64,000 bases of DNA from Priapulus caudatus (lineage: Eukaryota), in contig NW_014577085.1 of assembly GCF_000485595.1 (NCBI RefSeq), positions 651,494 to 715,493 of the forward strand, given 5' to 3'. The translations under genes were made by a program, and so were the position numbers. The notes under the pieces were generated by a model. The model had not been told where the DNA came from. It ran no database searches and saw only the letters and a list, made by a program, of their open reading frames with translations. Shown piece by piece: positions 10,268 through 22,100 of the stretch (its first letter is position 1; each line of letters opens with the position of its first letter).

Positions 10268-13127
10268 CTAGTGTTTGACAGTGAAGGCCACAAACTCCAA
10301 GGTTTCAATCTCCCTTTCGTTGCTGAACACGGCACTGGTGATGCGCGAATGAGGGCTTCCTTTATATCTCAACCAATCCTTTCTGTAAGGCAAACCAAAT
10401 AATATTTTAGTTGCTAGCCACAAATAAACTGCCTCTTTAATGGTATGAAATTATTACGATGATCCCAAGAGATACATGCTTTGAAAAAACAAAGTGGCTA
10501 TGCGTCTGGTCACCCATTACAAAGCTGAGCACAGATTCCCAAATTACAAACATTATTTCGAATTAGAAATCGTTGATTTTACTGGATTTACTATTGTTTC
10601 AAAAGTTACAAAAACACATTTTTTTGATAAAATACCTAAAGGTAAGTAATATTATGGTAAAAACATTGTTTTTTACTAAAAATATATAGTTGGGTTCACA
10701 TAAGAAATATATGACCGGACGCGTAGCCTGGGAGCTGGGCGTCCGGGCGTAGCCACGGCCTTGAAAAAAACATAAATGAATAGCATGCCGTAAACACGAT
10801 ATAAAGGTATTAACACGTTCACAGCTAAGCAAGAGATATCGCGTAAATAGCATATGAAATGCATCAGCATGCCATTAAATTACCTTTCATTGTAAGTAAC
10901 ATCAATCTAGAATTTTATTGGTGGGATGGTAGGTATACAACAGATTCTTTTGCCATCAACCACACACAAGTTCAAGTTCAAGTAAAATTTATTTTCATCG
11001 GTATATAATGAACATTGAGCTTTTGCACCGATACCACATTATATACTTGATTACATACTACATAGTCATTACTATTAGCATGTGATCAAGGGCACATCAA
11101 TTGTCATAGAGAATAGAATAATTACACGAAAACTCTGTTACAGTTTAGTATTCTTCACGACCTGGCCCACCACGCTATCTCATTGTGCCACCTTACTAAC
11201 TGAAAGTTTGTCACTCTAAATAACGAACGAACGAACGTGTGATGGTGTTACAAATGCGTGTTAATGACACTCATGTCGCACTGTCGCACTGTCGCACTGC
11301 CGCCGCCCTCATACATTTTTCCCCGCCATCAACTCGAACTGTGGTGAACTTTGACCTTACGATAACATTTTGATATTTACCTCCAATTTTTATTTTAATG
11401 AATAAATTTGAAAGAAGAAAGATTCATCAATAAATTGTTATCAGAGTTTGTACTAGTAAAAGACTAAATGTTTCAGTAACAAGCCATTCTTGTTGCAGCA
11501 GCAACATGAAGTTAGGTACAGTAGCGTGTAAGCAGCTAAGCGTATGGATTCCCTTTCTGTGTGCTCATCAATATATATGACTCCACATATAGCATCTCCA
11601 CAATGTAAATGGGGTTTAAATGATATTCTAGTTTTACTGGACGAATAATACTAAAAATTAGTTGATAATACACAAATTGTAAATTTTCCCTGATTTCCTG
11701 CTAGCAAATGTAGAATAAATTAGCAAATGTTTTATTAACTATAATGCAAGTCGGGTGCATGCCAGTAAGGCAGGCAGGCACTCACACATACAGTGATTAA
11801 GCTGATGTATTGTCCCACTGGTCCTCATGCCTATAATACGCTTAAATATTACGAAAAACCTACGTGCATGGCATTCTGCAGCCTCGTTTACACAGGCATG
11901 CACAACCTAACTACGAATGCAATCCTTTAGGATCACAGAGACTAGCATGCAACAAGCATACACTATTTGAGAGCTGAATTAATTAGTACAGCACATTACA
12001 TACAGCTTATGACAGATTCACATGCATTAATTAGTATTTAAAACTTTAATGAATCTCTCAGTGCCTTAAAATTTGAATTCGATAATGAAACATTCGCTCC
12101 TAACAACGATTGTTCGCTCTTTCCCATGTCTAGCCAAACAAACAATAATCGTGAGTAGGATCTGGATTCATCAGGCACAGATTAGCAACGAAGCATAGAA
12201 ATGCAAGCAAAACTGAAGAGGCTTCTACATCACAACTCAAAACCTTCTAATCTAGTTGGGAGTTGAAGCCTAAAAAAAGACGTTTGTTTCCGCTAACCCG
12301 ACCGAGTCCATTTTAAACCGCCATGTCGAAACTTTTTATTATGATCGGCAAAAAAAACAATTTTTTAAATATCGATCGGTGAATGCATTGATTTGACTTT
12401 GAAGTCATTATATAAGCTGTTATAAGTATAAAACAAGTATTGTTAGAATAAAAATAAAAAAGTTGATAAAAAAAAAGTTTTGCCTGCCTACCGTGTCCAA
12501 TTTTTTCCAGCTCGTTAGCGGAAACAAACATCTTTTTTTCTTAGGCCTGAGTGAAAATGGTTATCACAGACCGTTATGGGCGTTGTAGGCTGATCAATGC
12601 TCTCTGCATAAAGTTGTGCAAAAAAATCCACAAATAAATACATGTATGTATAACACATGCAAAATTCTTTCAATATATCCATATACACTAGGTATAAAAC
12701 TGTGATAGATGTGTCTATATGCTGAGACATTTCACAACAGTGCAATATTCTTTCTCATGTTTAGCAACTAAACACCATCACACACGCATCCACACACACG
12801 TACATTCGCGCGCACGCACACACGCACACACATACATGCAAAAAGTTAATGGTAACATACATATAACATAAATATCTATCTATCTGTATATTTGCAATAG
12901 AAATGAGATCACCATACTTACAATACATCAAGTTTTGCTTTAGGTCCCTGTGCTATGCCAGCCACTGTTCCTTTAGAAGTATTGCGACACCATCCAACCA
13001 GACGCAGTTCAGAGGCTTTCGTTCTTGTGTACTAGTGAGAAGCAGAAACGAGATCAGTGTTTACCGATTCAAAAACAGAACAATATCAACTAAACTAAAA
13101 CAGAACACGCGCGCACGCACACACACA

Positions 13128-13171
<44 letters not shown>

Positions 13172-16100
13172 CACACACACAATGACATATAATAGAATCA
13201 CTCAATGTCTTTTAATTATCTCAGTAAAATAGTTGACAGCACACTAGTGCTTTCTGCTTTTCTACTGCTATCATCTTTTGCAGAAGTGTAAACTGACAGA
13301 GCACGACAAACAACTAGTTTCCGAACATTTACGCCAGCTAGTTAGTGATACATACCACTACTTACAAGCAAGTCATGCCAAAACGTGCAGAAAGCGTTTT
13401 TAGAAGATATTAATTAGGTTAACATGCACGAAATTTACATTTACTTCATATGCACTAAAATCTAAATCGAAAACGGGTTAGCCACTACAATAATTTGTTC
13501 CCAAGAGCAACATGTAAATGTATTGAAACATGCTCATGTACATGGGCAGGCATGTGAATGCAACGCATGAACATGAGCCTGCACACAAACTACATGAAGA
13601 TAAACAGCTAAATAGTTTAACACTATTATCAGTTGTAGCTGAAGCTTTCTTTCAATCTTTAGCCCATATAAATCTCACCTTTCTGAAGAAAACCCCTAGA
13701 ACAAAAAGAAAAGGAAGAAATCACGAATATAGCACAGAAAGATGTAAAATGAAATGCATGCTACACCGATTCTAACACAGCAGCAAAACAATAATCTTGC
13801 AACACATATCCTACATAACTGGGTAGCTTTTTCCATAAACAGACATTTTAGATATACATACATGTACATAAACTATCATGCACATGCTAAAACATTCACT
13901 GCATACCACCGTTAAGGTTAACCCGTAACAGTACCAGATAAATGCAACACCACACACACAAAATTGCAATCAAGATAAATGACTTGCATTAGAACACTTT
14001 CTGGCTGCAAATATTGTGCATTTCACGTTTTTGTGATGTTTTTAATGCTAAACATATTTAAACATTTTGAGTAAGGCCAAAACAAAATATAGGTGTGGTT
14101 ACCGTTTCCCGACCGACCCTATTTATTCCCAGCGACCCTAAACATTTTATTGTTAATTTTCTTTAAAGGAACAGTAGCCTCTAGGTTCTAGGGTTATTTT
14201 CAGCTAATTTAGGTTATAATTGCGCTACATAAAAAGTTTCATGGTTCAATCACCATTAGAAATATTTTTTTTTAATGTTTTAAAACTAACGACTACAGTT
14301 TGATTACAACGACGGTGGCGCCACTCAAAGCGCACGATCTGAGAAGTTGCGCAAAACCACTTTCCAGCCAAGGGCTACAGACCGAGGGTATTTCTTATTT
14401 ATTCATTTAAAAGCAAAAGGATTGTAATATCTTATAAACGACATATAGTTTCAGTTATAATATGGATAAATTTGCCCTAAAATGAATATCGTTCGGTTAA
14501 ATAGCATTTAGGTATAAATATAATTGCACTTTTGTGATTAGCCCTCGGTCATTTACCTGCAAAATAAAAATGCAAATACGCAACTTTTTCAGGGTGGCAG
14601 CACGGTCGCGGGTGTCATGGCGCCGTTCAAATTTCGTAGCGTTGATGTGTACATAATTAATTAAGTATCTGGTGACAAATACATGTGGGTATAGACGATT
14701 TGTTATACAGTAAGTACAGTTGTATGCAGTAAAATCCTAGAGGCTACTGTCCCTTTAAAGTAAAAAAAAATAAATTAAAAATTAAAAAAAAAAGAACAAA
14801 AAAATATGAATTGGTCAGTTCCTGCTTCAAAAGGCACAACGCACATCCTTCGGACATGGTTCGTAAATAAAATGTTTCAATAAAATAAAATGTTTTCCCT
14901 ACCTACCTACCCTATTTTTTTTCGGCATGAAACGGTAACCACACATATATTTTGTTTTGGCCTAAACTAAAAACAATGCATTTGAAACATTACAGGTTAT
15001 CAGTATTTTTTTATTATCTGGTGTGACGTTGCTAAAACAATATTTTGCCTGTAATCAAAGTATAGTTGCTTTTGTCATTGAGATACATAGTTCAATGTGG
15101 CTAGCAACAGAAAACCTCTGTACGTATAGATCTGTATTGCAGCAAATTACCTTGTAAGGCTAATATCATTAATCAGCCTCTAAATTCGACATGTTCAAAG
15201 TTGGAATTATGCCAGTGTTATATAAACGTATATAATTAATAATGATAAGATCACATTTTTCATAGACAATGATATTCTGATAACAAAGCAAGTGTTTTAT
15301 AAATCAATATATAACCTTGTTAAACACAAGCAACTGGGCTGGTTTTGCTGTAGGTAGCATCCAGGAATGACTTAAAACAAGAGCCGCAAAGCAACTGGGC
15401 TCATCTGAGGTGTGTTGCTATGGTTATGAACGTAAAATTTCAGTCGTGCGTAGTGACACATTTGTTAGGCGCAGATATGCAGATACGCAGTTGCGTACAC
15501 ATCATTTCAGCACCCTTCTGCATTCTGCATACCTCCCAAATTCCATTGGTTGATACAAATCGCGTGCCTGAAACTCCTATTTTATGGTGCATTGTGACCA
15601 TAACCCTAACCCTATTAAAAAAAAAATATTGTTAATTATTGTAAAAATTATTTGTTGTTATGAAATTGTTGTAAATAAATCATGTAAATATTTGCCTTAA
15701 TTGGAACGAAATAGTTAAATGGCTAAAGATAGAAAAATACAGAAAACAGGTAAATAATAACAAATCTAATGGGATTCGATCGAAGGACCTTTGAGCCGTA
15801 ATCCTGTGCTGTAGCCGTTGGGCTATCGAGGCATATTGGCTTTCCAGATTATGGATGTTCCATAAATATGAGAACACTGTGACATCATTGAGGCAGTTCA
15901 GGAATCCATGTTTAACCTTCCTTTTGAGGGTCAAAAGATTATCCGACACTTACTCTTCGCATGGTCCTTTCAATAAAGCCATAAAAATGGTAGGTCACCG
16001 CTGAAACAAAAAAGTTTTTCAATCGCTCCGTCAGACCATGTCCTCAGAAAATGTCTAAAATCTGCCCTGTGCCCCATTGACCTTTGACCTCCAATTTCGG

Positions 16101-19100
16101 CACAGTGATGGCTTTTCCTACCATGATGCTATACACCGACTATCACGAGACTAGGTCGAGCCATTTAGATTTGTGCCGCAATTCTGCATTTCCTCCCTAT
16201 ACCTTAAGTTAAGGAGGGAATGTTCCCCCTTCTTTTACACCTCTTGACCTTTGACCCCCAGCTTCGACATCCCAACTCGTTTTCGGATTACCCCCCCACC
16301 TCCCGAATATCGTGACCGTACGTCGAGCGGTTAAGATTTGTGCCCAACTGTTGACGGACGGCCGGACGCACGCACGCACGGACAATCATGCGATTCTACA
16401 AGCTACATCCTGACTACGTCAGATAAGCTAAAAAACAGTAAGGGCTCTTATTAGAAAATCACTAGTATATTGATTACTCATTCTCTAATGAAAAGTCACT
16501 TGCTTGACAAGTTAGCAAATCATTCCATACCACATAAATATGTCATATAAAAATGCGGTTATATCAAATACTGTTAGGGTTTGGAGGCGATTTTCGGTCG
16601 AAATTTCAATACCCACTTCATTTGATAGATCGCACCTATGGGCAGCTATGTATATGTAGAAATTATTTATATGCCTCCTAAACAGTTCCAAATCCCCGCA
16701 TTAGTTAATTCTTAACACAGGCGTTCAATCATGGGAAATTTAGAACCATTTATTTACACAATTTTAGTACTCCATTGTTAGAAATGCTGAAGTTGCTGAT
16801 TTTTCAAACGCTATTTCTCGAAACTCACAACTCCCATTCCAAAATTTTTTGTTACGTTTTAATGCTAACATATCAAAGGAAAAAAGGCTCCCTGGAATTT
16901 TTTTTAAATCTGATATTTTATAAGTTATGGCTCTTTGTTCACGAAATTGTTGCGTTTTGAAAATCACTACAAATTTGCGTACATCTTCAACTTATTTCCT
17001 AAATTTAATAATTAAAAAAAAATTCCAGGGACCGTTTTTAGTTCACATTATTAACAACTTATGGTTAAAAGTTTAGGTCCAAACTCTTCGCTGTTTCTGA
17101 GAAATTAAAAAAAGAGAATTTTTTGGTATAAACTCACAATTTTTTCATCGAGAGCGTAGAGAGACATCTCTCTTATGTAATGGATATGAGTTTGATTGAA
17201 TTTGATGAGCAGTTATGTTGCAATGCCCTTTACAGTGTTACGCGTCCGTAACCCTAACAGTATCCTTTTAAGCATGTGATAACTTTACATAAAGCCTGCA
17301 TATAAAACTGAATTTGGCACACAAAATCATATACAACATGAAAAATTCAACTAGAACTCACTTTATTCATACCACAATTGCAAACAGGATTGGTAAATCT
17401 ATTAGCAATAAATTAATACTTTAAGACACGCAACAATAGGAGTAGCAATTGAACAACTATAAACTAATGCAGAATTATCAATACATTGGTAATATAATGA
17501 CTATTTAATCATCTTGTATCATAGTAATGTGTATTTTCCCATTTCATTATTTTTTTATATCCTAATATGTAAGCATATACTGCTCTTAGTTATAGTCTTT
17601 CTTTCTTTTTCTGTACCAACTGTTTACTGAGACCTAAACATGTGTGGTGGGATGATTGGGTTGATTACGGAAAAACAGCTACCCCTTGTATAAAACTAAC
17701 ATAATTCACCCATCCATAATGCAAAGTTCAATCTAATATACTGACTCACCTACCTAATTGAGATACGTTTCTGAGTAATCACTCCAGAACATGACAGTGG
17801 GACAAGTCACTAATTTCCCTCATCCACCCTAGTTAGGATATGCTGCCTAAATAATCATTCCACACCCTTAATAGTAGAGAAGGCAATATCACACGATGAG
17901 AAATGCAAACCAACATGTCAACCTGCTACACACTGTGAATAATTACAAGCTTTCTCAGAGATTCCTGTTGATTTTTATAAAAATTACTGAAGCACTATAA
18001 TTTTTCTCCCTAATCACAGCATTAAGTATTTAAATGCCTCATCGCACGCTGTCTGCATGTCGTTTTTGCTGACTCATGTTTATAAATACAGCAATTTAGT
18101 AGCTGCCAATTGCCAATTGGCATTCTGGAGAATAAAAGTTTCAATTTTGTCATCGGGAATTTCGTGTCGATAGCAACTGTCACAAGGTGATCACGCAGCC
18201 ACAATAAACACTTCAGTTATTCACGATCAAGATGTATCTAGCCGGTAGGATTAGTTTTTAAAACGTTATCTTAGTACCTGTACTAGACTGTATAATACCA
18301 CAAAAATAGCCACTGCGTGACAATACTCCACTATAGACTATTCAAATTATTCAAGGCTAGTGGAGAGAGAGAGGTATTGCTGCTGGTGGATGTTGAATCA
18401 CGTCTAATTAAATAATGCGAAAAATTATTAACGAGCTCAAAACTAGATTCATTATTTAATGATGTGCGACAAAAAGATTAACAGAAGACATGATTAAGGA
18501 AGATTTTAGACTTTAGGGTAAATGAAAGTGTCAATGACACTGTAGCTCACCACAAATTACGTTTTTATAATATTCAGATTTAAGCACTGCCTAAAAGCGG
18601 AGCTCCCGATGTGTAACGTGTAAGATTGAGAAGATACGCTTATTCCACATAGCTGCTATATACCACGTGACAATGGTGTTTCCCTGCCCATAACACAACT
18701 TTTGTCAAAGGTTAATTGGTTGCATGGAAATGTTTACTTCCTATGAGTTTTTCTAGGCGGTAGCACACGGTTGCCAACTGTATATCGCAATAACAATTTA
18801 TAAACCAAAATGAATCACAAGTTGTGACGGTAGATGGCGCTATACCTGCTTTGATGTTTCTTAGCGATGGCGTTCGAAATAAATAGGTTATGCTGCGTTC
18901 CGACATGTTTTGTAAAACTTTACTCTAATATAGACGTTTTATCGGCAGGGTGGAGAGGAAATACCAATTTTGCATTAAAGATATTGTCTTGTAAAACGAA
19001 CCAGACGAGTGTGACACCACAGACTGTTATCTGCGTGTCTATATAATATGCTATATAATTGCCAAAACCTACCTAATTTGCATAATTTTTTTTTTTAATA

Positions 19101-22100
19101 TCAAAACCCCTAGCCCTTATTCATTCACATACCAAAAATGAGCAAAATCCGTTGAGCCTGAACTGACTAATGGCAATTCCCATTTTTGCCAAAAAATTGC
19201 CGTGGCTCGAAAGTACGTCGACTGGCGTGCTCCAAAATAGGACGTTCAAACCTCTCCCATAGCAGTAACAACTATACCCAATTTCAAACATGTGGGTCAA
19301 ACGGTTCCTGAACTTATTGTTGACCGTAGCTAAATGTTGACGGAAGGACGGACGGACGGACGGACGTACGACGACCCATGGCAATAGCTCCGCTTGACGA
19401 TGTCAAGGTGAGCTAAAAACATTAATTATTTATATTCTTATTTACTTACACCAATGTGCCAACAATAACATACCTCGCAATTACAACAGACAGAACTCTC
19501 CACGTCATAGGCTACAATACTTCAACCACTTATTTTACTTTTATCTCCACTACTGTCTAGGTGATTCCTGTCTCAAGCTTCATTCTACCTTTCAAACCTC
19601 CTATTGGTACTTTAACATTCTCCAAATTTTAAAAATAACAGACTACATAATCCATCTGAGCACTAGTACCATTAAGCAACTTGGAATGACGAATGTTTAA
19701 TGTAATACAATTGTACTGGCTAGATTTGTGTGATTAGTAGCCACCCTAACTACACCAACATCTATATCATATATATGCGTGCAGTGCATCTTGGATCAAT
19801 GGCTAACCAATATTTCAAAGTTCAAGTTACTGCCGGAACTACTCATAAAAAGACGGCTGGAACCGGATCTTTATAATAATTTTATTTATGTTAATAAAAA
19901 CATCTTACTGGCAGGCAATTATAATTTTAGCATTGTAGTTTGTACTTCCTGCATAATGGTACTCTGTTCCTTTAAATATAAAAAACACCCTGCTAAGCTA
20001 AAATTTCTCTTGCACTGAAAGCAGCCGACTCATACACCTAACAATCATCTTGTAATTAGAACATTAGGCATTACCCTACAGCCTACACACCTGAGTGATC
20101 TGCCTGCTACAAAGGTTTCTTATACATAAGAGGTACAGTGGCGCACCGCCGTTGTCAAATTTAACATCGCCGTTGTGAAAATGTTCTTGTATTTACCCGC
20201 CGTTGTCAAAATAGTGTCAACCAAAAAATAAATAGATCATCAAGTGCTTCTGGCATATTTAGAGACTGCATGAGTTGATATTTAGAGTTATTCTGGCATA
20301 TTCATTCACCTGCATAGTCTGTATGCGTGCCTACGTCACGCCTTTGAATCCATCATGCACGTTTTTCCCCAAACTGGCCATTACCTCCTTTGTCTAATTT
20401 TCCCTCAGAAGAAACCCTGTATTATACTGTTTCATTTGGTCCACTTATGTCCCCTAATACTATGTAAAGCCACACCATACTTGACATGGCTATTCATGAC
20501 AATTGGAATTTGGAATAGGTACAGCACTCCAAGATGCATCGGCATTGATTTCTAAGCAACATCACAGTTAGTACACCACTTTATTGACAACCAGATTATT
20601 TTTTGACAATTTTGTCTCAGCTGGCCTGCTGTGCTGATTCTATAAGGCAGCAATCCTTGCCAACCAAATTGGGCAGTTTAAGGTATCAGGTTATAAATTC
20701 TGGTTACAAGGGCTTTAGCATTTAGCTCTCTAAATTCTACACTCCTGTAGCAGAAATATTAACATTTCTATGTGAAAAGCATGGAATTCCGCTCTCAGCA
20801 CTCAATACATCGCAGGGGAAACCCTGTAGGACACCAGCTGTTCACACCTTCCACCATTTCACTGGCTTCATCGCCAGTCGCACCAAGATCAACGATTTTT
20901 AATATTATTCAGATTTTCCAGATACCTAACTAATTAACACAACACTAAGAGTTTACACACTGTTTCATGTGGCAATAATATTAAAAAGTTTAGCAAATAA
21001 ACGTGTACTATGCCAGGGTTCTCCCCAGGATGAAATTGAAACAGGGGGAAGGGACCGTGCGAGCGCAGCGAGAAAAAAAAAGCTAGGGGGGTCCGGGGGC
21101 ACGGCCCCCCCAATTTTTTTTTTAGATCTTAGATCTCTGTTGCATTTTGGGACATGTTTGAGTTGATTTGTTTTCTCTGATCTGGTGTGTCATTTTTTAT
21201 ATTTTTTGTTTTTAAACTAGGGTTTATGGGATAACTATGGGAGAACTTGAAGGCAACTTGTTATTTTTTCGGGCAAGTACATAAAAATGAACAGCATCAG
21301 TTTAGTGGATGTATCATTTATTGACATGTATTGCAATAAGCAGAATCTTTTCTGTAAAACTTCATCATTAATGTCATGATTCATCCACTGTGACTCTACT
21401 TTGTCACATCTACTCGACGCTGGCGCATGGCAGCCCAACAGTCAACTGCCTGGTCGAATGGGAATTCTTGCCGAGGTGGCCCCTCAATTGCCAGTAGCAG
21501 CAGCGCCTCCAAAGCTGACTCACTCAGCCTGTTCCTCATGTAGTTTTTGACTATGCGCATGTAGGAACTGTTCAAAAGAGCTCTCTGCTGATTGGCTTAG
21601 CAGTGAGGGTGACCAGCCAATCACAGCAAAAAACACAAGTGTGCTTTGGTTACTGCTCGCAAAATGGCGGCATCAACAAATGATCGATTCCCGCGCTGTC
21701 AAACTTTTATTTTGAACTGTCACGCTGAAACTCTGCTGAAAATAGTGTATTTCAATTTGGCGATAACATTTCCTATCCGGGTGGTAGAATTTAATAAGAG
21801 CGGAGGTAATTTAAACGTGGCGCAACGATTGAAACGGGGGAGGCGGGGGGAGTTTTCCCAAACGGGTCGGGCGCGCCCGGTTTGCGCAACGTAGGGAGGG
21901 GCCTGTATGCATGTTCCAACGTGAATGGCGAGTCAAGCATGCGTATGGCCCAGCATTGGTCCGAACATGCAAGGTGCAGAAACCTCTGTTACACCCACTG
22001 TGGCAGGTTGTGATTCGTATTGTCAACAACTGCTGATAAACACAGATTATTTTCAATCGAGCTTTTATTGAGGGTGTATGCTTGTAAATGAGACAAGGTG

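Noticed and set aside
17750..17828. Possible poison exon in ACYP intron 1 (minus-strand AG|GTGAGT donor)
   Set aside because: Weak acceptor; such motifs arise by chance in 11 kb; no independent support.
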